DNA of 64,000 nucleotides. It comes from a virus. A model generated the notes under the pieces. That model saw only the letters and a program-made list of their open reading frames with translations, did not search any database and was not told where the DNA came from. Both the position numbers and the translations under genes were made by a program. The DNA is taken from IMG/VR virus record IMGVR_UViG_3300024581_003238, positions 15,988 through 79,987 of that record; one strand, given 5' to 3'. Every line of letters starts with the position of its first letter. The stretch's first letter is position 1. Shown in pieces: positions 8,792-19,299 of this stretch.

Positions 8792-11700
8792 TACCACAAA
8801 TAGTGAGAACATATTAGTTAAAGTTAATCAAAACAATCTTGTTTATATTGACCCTAATAGTGTTGAATCAAATGGGGTTATAGAACCAAGGGGAACAAAT
8901 CACGAAAATCTGGTTTATTATATAAACTTAGAGGCGGACCTCGTTCCAAGAACAACACTAAATTCAAACAACGCTGGAGGTGGAAACCTTACGTCGATAG
9001 CAAAAGGTACATTAAATTTACTACAGAATAAAGACGGAGAATACTTAGATACGAGTTGGACGGAATTATATACCGACCAACCTAAAAATCCCGACAAGGA
9101 AGGGATCTACGAACCAAATTCAGATTCTAGTGGTCAGTCTTTTGGTATGACAAGTGTGAGTATTGAGGTTAGAGGTGTGAACTTTGTACCTGTTGTAAAC
9201 ATAGGTTTTGTGGACGTAAGAGGTAAAACTCTTTTTGAATCACCTAAAAACTCACCGTATAAATCTTTTTTCCACCTACCATGGCCAATATTCTACTTAA
9301 CAGTAAAGGGGTACTATGGTAAGGCGATAAGATATAGATTACATTTAGTAAACTTTAATACGTCTTATAATGCGGGTAACGGTAATTTTGAAAGTACAGG
9401 TAAGTTTGTTGGGTCAACATACGCATATCTTAACGATATTTCCTTAACATCTATTCTTAACGCACCTTACATGTATGGTATTGAAATACCAAAAGTTAAA
9501 AAAACAAATGACGGTAAGGAAGAAAGTACTGTACAACTATCTAAAACATCGAGAGGATATCAAACACTTTTGTCAGTATATCAAGAATATAGAAGAAAAG
9601 GGTTGATAACAATACCCGAAGATGTAAACCCGACACTTAGAGAATTAATTTCAAAATCTAAAAAATTAGATCAGTTATTAGAAAAAAGTATTTTCGGTGA
9701 ATCGGGTATAGTCGATATGAAACTATTTGGATTAGTTAAAGAATTTGATGATGTCTTAGTAGAATTTTTGGGTGCAGTAAAAGCATGGAAAACTAGATAT
9801 CTCGTATCGGACTCTATTACACCCGATAGTGAATCTAACATTAAGTATTATTTTCTAAGTAAAGACCAATCAAGTAAAGACGGTAATAGAAATAGTACAA
9901 AAAACATATTAGGACCAAATTCAGGTACTTTAGAATCTATTCTAAAATCCAAAAACCTAAAAATTAAAAAGGTCCAACAATCAATTAAAGAATTACTTAA
10001 AAAATCAAAAAAAGAATTCAAGTCATTTAATGTCAATGTTAAAAACCGTACAGACCAAGTAAAAACATACATGCATTTTACTCAAGAAGGAAAAATTGGT
10101 ATAGCACATGACTTGTTGATAGACCATATTGCTGAAATTTTTAATTCATTTAATCAAGAAAAGAAAAAACTACAGGACAAAGTAGAAGAAGAAATGAATA
10201 AAATAATCAAAACCAAAGGAAACGGAGGTTTAGGTTTTGAACCTACCATACGTAATGTATTTGGTGTGGTGTTAGCGGGTGCGGATACGTACATAAGACT
10301 AATGCAAAACGTTCATTTTAGAGCATATAATGTCAGAGACCAAAAAAGAAAATTATTACAGGGGTTTGAGAGTGAAACAACATCTGAAGGTCCTGTTTAT
10401 CCGTGGCCTGAAGTAAATAAAGTATCCGCGGATCAAGATAAGGTATTGGCATATCCTGCAGATCCTGATTTGGTAAGAAAATTAAATTCGGACAATGCAA
10501 CTTTATGGCCTGAGGTTGAATTTGTTGAGGAATACATTAAAGTATCACAAAGAATAAGTGACAATTTAGCGGAGAAAGAAAAAACATTTGACAAGGTTAC
10601 ATTTGAGTTTGAAAACTCAGACCCTAATGAGACAGACATAAAAAAAGTTTCTGAGATTAATTCGTTAACTCATGTAATTCCATATTCCGATAAAACATTG
10701 GCTTCTTTATTTTTTGAGATTGCGGAGAGAGCGAGATACACAACTTTGTTTGATTCTTTTGATGGTGGAACAACAATTCATGAATTGGCCAATCAAGAGT
10801 TCTTAACACTTAAAAAAATGGTGGAAGAGGACTTTTTTGTTGTTGATATATTAAAAAGAGCAACAACACTACGAGAACTACAGTCTTTAATGCAAAGTTT
10901 TTCACCATTTGAAAGACAACCATATTTTGATGACGGTATTGCAACAGTACCTTACATATCTGATAATATTAATGAACCTTATAAAATTACAGACTACAAG
11001 TCAGAGGACGAAGATCAAAAAGATTCGGCAAATATGTCGGATGAATATCCAAAACTTTCAGATAACCTAACAAATTATGATGTTGAAGATTACAGATTAA
11101 AAATGTATCCTTTTAATTCTGACACATATTTGGGTTACATCGACAAAACAAACTTTACCAAAAATGAAATTAATCTAAAAAACACATTTCAAGTTGATAC
11201 GAGTAAAGGTTTTATACGTACACCGATTGACATAGAGTCGTGGTCATTAGAAAAAGAAAACCTATTTAATAGTTATTACTCTTTCTTTACGATAGGTGAC
11301 GGTAATAACGATAAAATTAGCGGTATTCTTAACACACCCTACTTTCATAAAAGTTTATTCGAGGATTTTTTCGGAACTAATAGTTTTGGTAAATATAAAA
11401 AATCAGCATATCTACTTCTAAATTCATTACCATATCATGATTTAGATAGACAAATAGAATTTACTAAAGGTAATAAAGTGACCTTATCTAACCTATTCAA
11501 AGAAGTAGGGTCAACACATTTTATTCCTTATCATTTGATGTTAAAATGGGGATCAATATATCATAGATATAAAACCATGATTCTTGATGGTGTGGACATA
11601 TTAGATGGGGTTACGACACCAATTGATGGAGGGTTATTTTTCGATACTAACCAAAATTTAACTTTTTCAGGTATAACGAGAAGTGATCAAACAGACATAG

Positions 11701-14495
11701 GTTTACATCCGTACTATTCTAGTGTTTATCATCAAATAGTCAATGGGTATCTTTATTATGATGTGTCGGACACAACGTCCGCATCGTTTGAAAGTACTAT
11801 TACAAACGGTATTCTACAATTGAGGTCATTTAATGCCTTTGGTTTCAAGTACTACAATTCTTTTGTAGATAACAGTCAATTCGTGGGTGGTGAAAAGAAA
11901 TATACAATTCTACCGTCTCACGGAGCGATGGTAAGGTCAGGTAATCAAGATAATTTTTATAATCCATATTCTGAAGATTATAATATAACGGAACAATATA
12001 ACTTCATTGTTGATTGGACTCAACCGCATGAATCAGAATTTGCATATAGTGGAACTACATTCCCACCTTACAACCAATACTTAAGTAGGAATTCAAGTTA
12101 TAGTTCACCACAACTAAATACGATTAACGATTCAAATAAAAAAGTCATTGATTTAATTGCCACATTCTCCCCAATGATATTGGATGAGTTTGAAGATGCA
12201 TTCTTAAAGTTTGCTAGTGAAAAGGTGGAGACCTATCAAACAACAAAACAATATGAGTCGGTATCTTATGATAAGTTCCAAGACTTATTAAAGGATTTAG
12301 TGACTGTTGATAAGGAAGATGGGGACGATTTGACAAATGAACATTTCAAAATAGTGATTAGGTCTCGACAAAATGAAAAATTTAAATACATAACAAAACA
12401 ACTAACAAGTAATGATAACTTAATACAGTTAACAATATCTAACCCAAAAGATCTAAACTTAAAATCAATAAGGTCTTATGTCGGACTAAGTCCAAGAACA
12501 TATGGGGGGTCATACGATTCATCACAAATAACGAATAATTCAAAATATATAGAATTGTATTTGGGTGAAGATATGGACGGTTATTATGGTGAGTTTTTTG
12601 CAATAAGTGATATTGAACTTAGTGAAGAAAATGTTTTAGAAAATAGATCTTTGGCGTACATATACGCAGGGTATAGAAAAGGTGGTGGACTTAATAGTAA
12701 AACTGATTTTATAGATTACTTAAACCAAAATTTAGTAACCCCACACAGTCAAAGAGAATCGGATTTCTTAACATACTTGTTGAGTAATATAACAACATTA
12801 AAAAGATTAAAAGATAATAACGACACGTTAAGTATTATTAAAAGTTTTGGTATGGACCCTCTGAAGTTGGAAACGTATAGTGTATTTAAACTATTCAACG
12901 ACAGGTGGTCATCAGGTAATTCTATTGGACAAAGGTTACTAATGGAAGAGTTTTTATTTTTAGATAAGGCGAATAAAGATATTGGTGATGACCTATTTTA
13001 TGATATAAAGAGGTTAGAGGCGTTTGGTCTACCTGAAAGTCAAAATTTAAAACTATATAATGTGATTTCTCAGATGCTATCTAGAAATAATTTAGATTTC
13101 AGACCATTACCCGCATACGTCAACTTCTATGGTAATCGTTCGGGTAAAACTAAAGTAAAAAAGTCTGAAGAGGTTGCTTCACTATTGTTTGGTAAATTTT
13201 TAGATGTGGATATTGAACACTCTACCCCAAAGATGATTGTACAATATGTTGGAAGACCATCAGCACATATTAATACTGAAACGATTAGTGAGGAATATAA
13301 ATTTAAAGACGATACGTTTAATGTGGGTGATGTAAATAACAATCCCGTATTAATTACAGACCCCAACTACTTTGAACAAGAGAATTTTAAAAACTCAAAT
13401 AAGGTGGTTGCGTTTGAAGTTAGTTTTGGTGATCAAAACCAAGGAATGTTTAAGTCAGTATCATTAGACCAATCACAATTTAAAGAAACTTTTGAAAGTA
13501 ATCTCGCATTAGAAAGAACAGCGAGATCAGAATCGGGTTCGGGTGTTGCACAAGTTAGTACTAATTTATATGACATATATAAGGTAAGGTCTTATGAATG
13601 TACTGTTGAGTGTATGGGAAATGTAATGATCCAACCCACAATGTATTTCCAACTTAAAAATGTTCCATTATTTGAGGGAGCGTATTGGATTGTGGAAGTA
13701 AACCACCGTATTGAGAATAATAGTATCCAAACTAGTTTTAAAGGTGTTAGAATGCCAAGGGCTAGTTTACCCAACCCTAAAGAATCTTTTACTGCGTCTT
13801 ATAGAATAATGTATGATAAAATAATGAAGAGTGCGTTATCTAAAATTGAATCAACTAAAAAGGTGGACACATCAGAAATAGTATCAACACCTAAAGGTAA
13901 TTTTAAAACTGATCGTGGACCAAATAAAATAGATAACGAGGTTTTATTAAAACAAACAGGACTCAGTTCATTTGGGATTCCATACAATGGGTTTAAAGGT
14001 AATGTTACAATTCAAAAAATACGTTATAAAGAAAAGGATGTGTGGTTTAGGACAATAGTTACTAAGTTCGATGGACCAACAAACACGAATATGTCTTTAC
14101 CAACACATGTGTCGTCCGATATAGTTGTAAAACCAACTAAAGTACCTTTTACTGAGATAGAAGAAAATAGCACATATTTCTATAGATTAGATTTTTATAG
14201 ACCTCAGATGAGTAAAAAACAAGGTACTTCACCTGCACAGGTGTCTGATTACCTATTAACTGCATCAACAACAACATTCTTTAATCCTAAAAACGGAATA
14301 CGTAAGGACATTGTAGCAAGTTCTAATTTAGACACAACTAATGGGGCGAGATTTATAGAAGGACCTGCGGATGAGGGGAGATCGACACTAACAAAGAACG
14401 GAAGTACTGTGAATAGTGGAATGGCATTATCAAAACAATTAATGAAGGATTTAAAACTACAAGAAGGTGATGTTATATATTTTAATATTCGATAA
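8778..14495 (+). CDS. Large baseplate hub protein (gp27/gpD-like)
   Basis: 1905 aa. The C-terminal part has Y.CTVECMGNVMIQPTMYFQL.NVP.F.GAYWIVEVNH.I......TSFKGVR, typical of hub proteins; it follows the gp53-like gene. Confidence 0.6.
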   Translation: MATNDTTNSENILVKVNQNNLVYIDPNSVESNGVIEPRGTNHENLVYYINLEADLVPRTTLNSNNAGGGNLTSIAKGTLNLLQNKDGEYLDTSWTELYTDQPKNPDKEGIYEPNSDSSGQSFGMTSVSIEVRGVNFVPVVNIGFVDVRGKTLFESPKNSPYKSFFHLPWPIFYLTVKGYYGKAIRYRLHLVNFNTSYNAGNGNFESTGKFVGSTYAYLNDISLTSILNAPYMYGIEIPKVKKTNDGKEESTVQLSKTSRGYQTLLSVYQEYRRKGLITIPEDVNPTLRELISKSKKLDQLLEKSIFGESGIVDMKLFGLVKEFDDVLVEFLGAVKAWKTRYLVSDSITPDSESNIKYYFLSKDQSSKDGNRNSTKNILGPNSGTLESILKSKNLKIKKVQQSIKELLKKSKKEFKSFNVNVKNRTDQVKTYMHFTQEGKIGIAHDLLIDHIAEIFNSFNQEKKKLQDKVEEEMNKIIKTKGNGGLGFEPTIRNVFGVVLAGADTYIRLMQNVHFRAYNVRDQKRKLLQGFESETTSEGPVYPWPEVNKVSADQDKVLAYPADPDLVRKLNSDNATLWPEVEFVEEYIKVSQRISDNLAEKEKTFDKVTFEFENSDPNETDIKKVSEINSLTHVIPYSDKTLASLFFEIAERARYTTLFDSFDGGTTIHELANQEFLTLKKMVEEDFFVVDILKRATTLRELQSLMQSFSPFERQPYFDDGIATVPYISDNINEPYKITDYKSEDEDQKDSANMSDEYPKLSDNLTNYDVEDYRLKMYPFNSDTYLGYIDKTNFTKNEINLKNTFQVDTSKGFIRTPIDIESWSLEKENLFNSYYSFFTIGDGNNDKISGILNTPYFHKSLFEDFFGTNSFGKYKKSAYLLLNSLPYHDLDRQIEFTKGNKVTLSNLFKEVGSTHFIPYHLMLKWGSIYHRYKTMILDGVDILDGVTTPIDGGLFFDTNQNLTFSGITRSDQTDIGLHPYYSSVYHQIVNGYLYYDVSDTTSASFESTITNGILQLRSFNAFGFKYYNSFVDNSQFVGGEKKYTILPSHGAMVRSGNQDNFYNPYSEDYNITEQYNFIVDWTQPHESEFAYSGTTFPPYNQYLSRNSSYSSPQLNTINDSNKKVIDLIATFSPMILDEFEDAFLKFASEKVETYQTTKQYESVSYDKFQDLLKDLVTVDKEDGDDLTNEHFKIVIRSRQNEKFKYITKQLTSNDNLIQLTISNPKDLNLKSIRSYVGLSPRTYGGSYDSSQITNNSKYIELYLGEDMDGYYGEFFAISDIELSEENVLENRSLAYIYAGYRKGGGLNSKTDFIDYLNQNLVTPHSQRESDFLTYLLSNITTLKRLKDNNDTLSIIKSFGMDPLKLETYSVFKLFNDRWSSGNSIGQRLLMEEFLFLDKANKDIGDDLFYDIKRLEAFGLPESQNLKLYNVISQMLSRNNLDFRPLPAYVNFYGNRSGKTKVKKSEEVASLLFGKFLDVDIEHSTPKMIVQYVGRPSAHINTETISEEYKFKDDTFNVGDVNNNPVLITDPNYFEQENFKNSNKVVAFEVSFGDQNQGMFKSVSLDQSQFKETFESNLALERTARSESGSGVAQVSTNLYDIYKVRSYECTVECMGNVMIQPTMYFQLKNVPLFEGAYWIVEVNHRIENNSIQTSFKGVRMPRASLPNPKESFTASYRIMYDKIMKSALSKIESTKKVDTSEIVSTPKGNFKTDRGPNKIDNEVLLKQTGLSSFGIPYNGFKGNVTIQKIRYKEKDVWFRTIVTKFDGPTNTNMSLPTHVSSDIVVKPTKVPFTEIEENSTYFYRLDFYRPQMSKKQGTSPAQVSDYLLTASTTTFFNPKNGIRKDIVASSNLDTTNGARFIEGPADEGRSTLTKNGSTVNSGMALSKQLMKDLKLQEGDVIYFNIR

Positions 14496-14541
14496 AACGG
14501 ATAATTAATAAAAACTTGATATTTATAATAAAAAGAATATT

Positions 14542-14745
14542 ATGGACAATATTAAAATAGGATCTGCAATTGACGGTTTTTTAGGTAATAAAACGGTTAA
14601 AAACCTTAATGAAGAGGGTACAGAACAAGAAGTTTGTGATATGAACACGGGCGAATGTTATACCATTAAGAGTAAAGATGGTCTCGTTGAGAGAATTAAT
14701 AAAAAATATATTACCGAAGACGGTAGACAATTATTAAGAGATTAA
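14542..14745 (+). CDS. Hypothetical protein (67 aa)
   Basis: ORF preceded by TATTTATA (14520-14527) and an A-rich leader. Confidence 0.6.
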   Translation: MDNIKIGSAIDGFLGNKTVKNLNEEGTEQEVCDMNTGECYTIKSKDGLVERINKKYITEDGRQLLRD

Positions 14746-14748
14746 AAG

Positions 14749-15399
14749 ATGAAATTAGAACAGAAACTACACGAAGAATTAATGAGACACCGTAGTATTA
14801 ACAACTATGGTAAAGAATTAATTAAAGAACAAGAAGAAGAACCGATTGACGATATCCCTGCGGAAGAACCAACAGGAGACGCACCAATTGATGATCTTCC
14901 TGCCGACGATATTGGGGGAGACGATCTTCCTGAAATTCCTGCAGATGACGTTTCTGATACTGATGAAGCAGACGTTGAGGAAGTTGACATTACAGATTTA
15001 GTCAACATGACACAAAATATTAAAAATGATTTAGACGCATCCAAAAGTAATAACGATCAAGTTATGGGAAAAATGGGTGATTTATTTTCAAAATTAGATG
15101 ATTTAGAAAGTAAACTATCTCAAATGGATAACGTAATTAGTAAAATAGAAAATCTCGAACATAAGGTGGAGGATATGAAAGAACCAACACCACAAGAAAG
15201 ACTTGAAATGAGATCTTTAGATTCATACCCTTTCAATCAAAACCCTTCTGAATTCTTTTCACAAAAACAACTTGATATGAAGGCGAGTGGTAAAAATGAG
15301 TATGTTATTACAAAACAAGATGTCAAAGATTATAATCAAGGAGAGATGAGAGATTCTTTCAATTTAGAAAAATCAGACGAAAATGAAGTTGAGTGGTAA
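14749..15399 (+). CDS. Acidic coiled-coil hypothetical protein, possibly virion/head-associated
   Basis: 216 aa with LIKEQ followed by an Asp/Glu/Pro-rich tract and a heptad region. Confidence 0.55.
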   Translation: MKLEQKLHEELMRHRSINNYGKELIKEQEEEPIDDIPAEEPTGDAPIDDLPADDIGGDDLPEIPADDVSDTDEADVEEVDITDLVNMTQNIKNDLDASKSNNDQVMGKMGDLFSKLDDLESKLSQMDNVISKIENLEHKVEDMKEPTPQERLEMRSLDSYPFNQNPSEFFSQKQLDMKASGKNEYVITKQDVKDYNQGEMRDSFNLEKSDENEVEW

Positions 15400-15748
15400 T
15401 ATAAAATTCTTTTTAGAATTACAATCTCAACTAAAAGTACTTCATTGGCAGACTAAGAGTTATGCTAAACACCAAGCGTTTGGTGAAACATATGACAAGT
15501 TAGATGAAATCATTGATTTATTTGTTGAAGTATCAATAGGTAAACATGGAAGATTTACATTGTCTGATGAGGATCGTGTTTTAAATATCAATAATTTACA
15601 AGATATCGATTTGGTGTCAATGATTAAGGTGGCGTCTGAAGTAATATCAGAAATTGAAATTGATGAAAAGGACACCGATCTTTTAAATCTTAGAGATGAG
15701 ATACTCACAGAAGTTAGTAAACTATCTTATTTACTGACACTTAGGTAA
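15383..15748 (+). CDS. Ferritin/Dps-like four-helix protein (DUF5856-like)
   Basis: LHWQT.SYA.H.A.GE.YD.LDE.ID.FVE matches the Dps-like ferroxidase helix pattern seen in large phages. Confidence 0.7.
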   Translation: MKLSGNIKFFLELQSQLKVLHWQTKSYAKHQAFGETYDKLDEIIDLFVEVSIGKHGRFTLSDEDRVLNINNLQDIDLVSMIKVASEVISEIEIDEKDTDLLNLRDEILTEVSKLSYLLTLR

Positions 15749-15775
15749 GAATTATATAAAATATTTACGTTTTTG

Positions 15776-15808
15776 AAGACTAAGGGGGTTGACTCTTGGT
15801 CTTTTTTT
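15776..15808 (+). terminator. Intrinsic terminator overlapping the next promoter
   Basis: AAGACTAAGGG-GGTTGA-CTCTTGGTCTT forms an 11-bp stem with two G-U pairs, followed by a T-tract. Confidence 0.65.
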
Positions 15809-15820
15809 ATGTATCTTTTT
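15785..15820 (+). promoter_or_regulatory. Early/middle promoter GGGGTTGACT-N17-TATCTT
   Basis: TTGACT at 15789-15794 and TATCTT at 15812-15817; a near-identical copy lies at 61725-61759. Confidence 0.7.
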
Positions 15821-15851
15821 GTATAACATTAATAAATTAAAATTTAAAATT

Positions 15852-16709
15852 ATGAAAGGTTCAATTGACGCGATTTTATCTCAATATGAGAAAAACACGC
15901 AACCAGCCGCGGGCGGCAACAAGTATTCATCTGAAGAACGTTTAAAGAAGTACTTTACAACGATTCTTCCTAAAGGGACTCAGTCAGGACAAAAGAGAAT
16001 TAGAATTCTACCAACAACTGACGGAACTAGTCCATTCAAAGAGATTGCATTTCACGAAGTGCAGGTAGACGGAAAGTGGTTAAAACTTTATGACCCATCA
16101 CAAGATGGAGACGAATCTCCTTTAAATGAGGTTAGAGAAAGTTTATTAGCGACAGGAAGTGAAGAAGATAAAATCTTGGCGAGAAATTATAGAGCGAAAA
16201 AATTCTATATAGTAAAAGTTATCGATAGAGATAACGAGCAAGATGGTCCAAAGTTTTGGAGATTCAAACACAATTACAAAGGTGACGGGAATTTAGATAA
16301 GATCATTCCTATCATTAGAAGTAAGGGTGATATTACCGATCTTGTTGAAGGTAGAGATTTAATTTTATCATTGGCGGTTACTAAAGCGAACAATGGTAGA
16401 GAATATACTACTATCAATTCTATTATTCAGGAAGATAAATCAGCATTACATACTGATCCTGAAGTTACAAACGAATGGGTTAACGATCCACAAACGTGGA
16501 GAGACGTTTACTCAGTAAAACCAATTGAGTATTTGAAATTAGTTGCATTGGGTGAGAATCCTGTTTGGGATAAAGAATCCAAAAAATTTGTTTCAAGTGT
16601 AGTTGGTGAGGTAGATCTTGGAGGTACATCAACTGTAACTCCTAAAGTTGAGGTTGAAGATCCGCAAATTACTGCGACGACAACAACAGACGACGAACTA
16701 CCATTTTAA
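15852..16709 (+). CDS. Single-stranded DNA-binding protein (T4 gp32-like)
   Basis: RIRILP, KFYIVKVIDR, DITDLVEGRDLIL motifs and an acidic DDELPF tail; it precedes the recombinase. ATG 15852 is preferred over TTG 15789, which lies inside the promoter. Confidence 0.8.
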   Translation: MKGSIDAILSQYEKNTQPAAGGNKYSSEERLKKYFTTILPKGTQSGQKRIRILPTTDGTSPFKEIAFHEVQVDGKWLKLYDPSQDGDESPLNEVRESLLATGSEEDKILARNYRAKKFYIVKVIDRDNEQDGPKFWRFKHNYKGDGNLDKIIPIIRSKGDITDLVEGRDLILSLAVTKANNGREYTTINSIIQEDKSALHTDPEVTNEWVNDPQTWRDVYSVKPIEYLKLVALGENPVWDKESKKFVSSVVGEVDLGGTSTVTPKVEVEDPQITATTTTDDELPF

Positions 16710-16716
16710 TTAACTA

Positions 16717-16794
16717 GGACCCACCCGAAAATTATTGATAGGTAACTATCTGGTGGAGCTACAAACCGATTAGTCGGTCCCTATGGGTGGGTCC
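16717..16794 (+). ncRNA. Candidate structured RNA (three-way junction) between SSB and UvsX
   Basis: A perfect 10-bp closing stem GGACCCACCC/GGGTGGGTCC encloses hairpins GATAG-GTAA-CTATC and ACCGA-TTAG-TCGGT. Confidence 0.55.
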
Positions 16795-16809
16795 ATTTTA
16801 AAACAAAAT

Positions 16810-17805
16810 ATGGCAATTAAAAAGAAAGATTTTAAAAGTATTAAATCAAAGTTTTCAAAACAGGCAAAGTTTAAGTCTGATAAATTCTTTGATTTAGGAG
16901 ATGCGTTTTTAGACGCTACAGGTTTACCGGGTCCGGCAATGGGTCATATCAATATGTTTTTAGGACATTCAGATACAGGTAAAACAACGGCACTTGTAAA
17001 AACTGCGGTTGATGCTCAGAAAAAAGGTGTTCTACCTGTTTTTGTTATTACAGAACAAAAATGGGACTTTCCTCACGCAAAACTCATGGGTCTTGATGTA
17101 GAAGAAATAGTGGACGAAGAAACAGGAGAAATAGAATATGATGGATTCTTCCTTTTTAATAATGAGTTCCAATATATAGAACAAATAACTGATTACATCA
17201 ACGAACTAATCGATGCACAACAAAAAGGTGAGATTGAATATGATTTACTTTTCCTTTGGGATTCAGTTGGTTCTGTACCGTGTAAGATGACTTTCGATGG
17301 TAAAGGTGGTAAACAACATAATGCATCCACTTTAGCTGACAAAATCGGTATGGGATTAAACCAAAGAATTTCGGGTTCAAGAAGAGTAGATTCTAAATAC
17401 ACTAACACTTTGGTTATTGTGAATCAACCTTGGGTTGAACTACCCGATAATCCTTTCAGTCAACCTAAAATTAAAGCAAAGGGTGGTGAATCGATTTGGT
17501 TAAATTCTACACTTGTATTTAGATACGGTAATCAGAAAAACGCAGGAACTAATCCTATCTCGGCAGTTAAAGATAAGAGAAAGGTAAAGTTCGCTACGAG
17601 AACAAAGATTTCTATTATGAAGAACCACGTAAATGGTCTTGGTTATGAAGATGGTAGAATCATTGTAACAGCACACGGATTCCTTAAAGGTAAAGACAGT
17701 GCTGAAGAGAAAAAGTCATTGGAAAAGTACAAGTCTGAACATGCAGAATTTTGGAAAAACCAATTAGGTATTGAAGGGGACTTTGATATTAGAGAAGAAG
17801 AATAG
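16810..17805 (+). CDS. uvsX: RecA/UvsX-like recombinase
   Basis: Walker A GHSDTGKT, Walker B FLWDSVG, plus VIVNQ, KGG and KNHV motifs. The start is taken as ATG 16810 because ATG 16783 lies inside the RNA stem. Confidence 0.9.
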   Translation: MAIKKKDFKSIKSKFSKQAKFKSDKFFDLGDAFLDATGLPGPAMGHINMFLGHSDTGKTTALVKTAVDAQKKGVLPVFVITEQKWDFPHAKLMGLDVEEIVDEETGEIEYDGFFLFNNEFQYIEQITDYINELIDAQQKGEIEYDLLFLWDSVGSVPCKMTFDGKGGKQHNASTLADKIGMGLNQRISGSRRVDSKYTNTLVIVNQPWVELPDNPFSQPKIKAKGGESIWLNSTLVFRYGNQKNAGTNPISAVKDKRKVKFATRTKISIMKNHVNGLGYEDGRIIVTAHGFLKGKDSAEEKKSLEKYKSEHAEFWKNQLGIEGDFDIREEE

Positions 17806-17830
17806 ATTGTTGAACCTATAAAGGTTAAAA

Positions 17831-18847
17831 ATGTCAGTACTATTAGTAGACGGAGATAACTTACTTACTATCGGATTTTATGGAGTAAAAAATTACTTCT
17901 ATAAGGGTGATCATATTGGAGGAATATACCATTTCATCAATACTCTTAGAAAATCTTTTGAACTTTATAGGTTAGACAAAATCGTAGTCTTTTGGGACGG
18001 AGAAGATGGGTCTGCAACTCGAAAAAAGATGTATCACAGATACAAAGAAAATCGTAGACAAAGAATTCGTACAGATAAAGAAAAAGAATCCTACACAAGA
18101 CAAAGACGAAGAGTACAACAATACTTGGAAGAGTTATATGTTAGACAAGGGGAGTTTGAATTTTGTGAAACAGATGACTGTATTGCGTATTATTCACAAC
18201 AGTCAGAAGAGAATACTATTGTTTATTCTTCTGATGGTGACTTGGCACAGTTAGTTTCAGACACTACAAAGGTATATAACCCATCTCACAGAAGACTTTA
18301 CGAACAAAATGATACAATACTATACGAACACCAAGAAATACACATACAGAACGTTAAAATCGTAAAGATAGTATGTGGTGACAGATCCGATAATATTGCG
18401 GGTATCAAAAACATGGGTATTAAGAAATTCTTAAAACTTTTTCCTGAAATAAAGGATAGACCAATAACACTTGAAGAGGTGATTGAAAAATCTAATAAAA
18501 TGTTTGAGGAAGATAAGTATAATAACACCATTAAGAATTTACTTACGGGTGTCACAAAATACGGAGTTTTTGGTGAAGAGTTTTTTAACCTGAATGAAAG
18601 CATTGTAAGTTTAGACCAACCGTTTCTCACAGATGATGCGAGAGAAACAATCACCGACCTCATACACGAAAAATTGGATCCCGAAGGAAGGTCCTATAAA
18701 AACACGATGAAGATGATGATGGAAGATGGGATATTTACTGTCCTACCTAAATCGGATGATGCGTGGATAAAATTCCTTAATCCCTTTTTACGATTAACAC
18801 GTAAAGAGAAAAATAAAAGAGTGATAAAAATTAAAACAAATGAGTAA
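17831..18847 (+). CDS. 5'-3' exonuclease / T4 RNase H-like flap endonuclease
   Basis: LLVDGDN, VFWDG, R...Y..YK.NR, ETDD, SSDGDLAQL and the H3TH motif GDRSDNIAGI..MG.K. Confidence 0.9.
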   Translation: MSVLLVDGDNLLTIGFYGVKNYFYKGDHIGGIYHFINTLRKSFELYRLDKIVVFWDGEDGSATRKKMYHRYKENRRQRIRTDKEKESYTRQRRRVQQYLEELYVRQGEFEFCETDDCIAYYSQQSEENTIVYSSDGDLAQLVSDTTKVYNPSHRRLYEQNDTILYEHQEIHIQNVKIVKIVCGDRSDNIAGIKNMGIKKFLKLFPEIKDRPITLEEVIEKSNKMFEEDKYNNTIKNLLTGVTKYGVFGEEFFNLNESIVSLDQPFLTDDARETITDLIHEKLDPEGRSYKNTMKMMMEDGIFTVLPKSDDAWIKFLNPFLRLTRKEKNKRVIKIKTNE

Positions 18848-19292
18848 CAACGAAACTACTAAACTAGAATTTTTGCTAACCTTGAACGGAAATATTATCT
18901 GTCAAAGGTTCTTTAATGTGAGAGGTTATAATCCTAAAGTTAAAAAATCTTTAGATCTTCATTACAATGTAAAAAATATTTGTGAAGAAATTGAAGAAAA
19001 TTTGAAACAAAAAACTTTGGAATATCTCCATTCCAATCAACATTATTTTCCTGTTTTCGACCCTTTAAACAATGAAGGTCCAGACCCAGATGAATACTTC
19101 CAAGTAGAGATTAAGCAAAATGACGATGTATTTATTTCAAGAACATTCCCTGCGCATATTTATCATCCTAAGGTGAGATATTCGGTGGATATTCGTCCGA
19201 TCTTAAGAAGAATTCTTGGAGAACTAAGTGAGACCTTTTCTTCTGTAGATATAACAACAAAATATATGAATTATAATTTAACAACAAACTAA
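18840..19292 (+). CDS. Hypothetical protein (150 aa) in replication operon
   Basis: ORF overlapping the exonuclease gene and directly upstream of the helicase; no recognised motif. Confidence 0.7.
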   Translation: MSNNETTKLEFLLTLNGNIICQRFFNVRGYNPKVKKSLDLHYNVKNICEEIEENLKQKTLEYLHSNQHYFPVFDPLNNEGPDPDEYFQVEIKQNDDVFISRTFPAHIYHPKVRYSVDIRPILRRILGELSETFSSVDITTKYMNYNLTTN

Positions 19293-19299
19293 AGTAACT

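Noticed and set aside
1-14495. Bacterial contractile injection system or tailocin instead of a phage
   Set aside because: The tail genes are interleaved with phage-type SSB, UvsX, helicase, primase, RNR and SbcCD genes, and no host housekeeping genes are present.
16717-16794. Hammerhead ribozyme or tRNA
   Set aside because: There is no CUGAUGA core on either strand, and no TTC-containing T-loop or cloverleaf. It is kept only as an unclassified structure.
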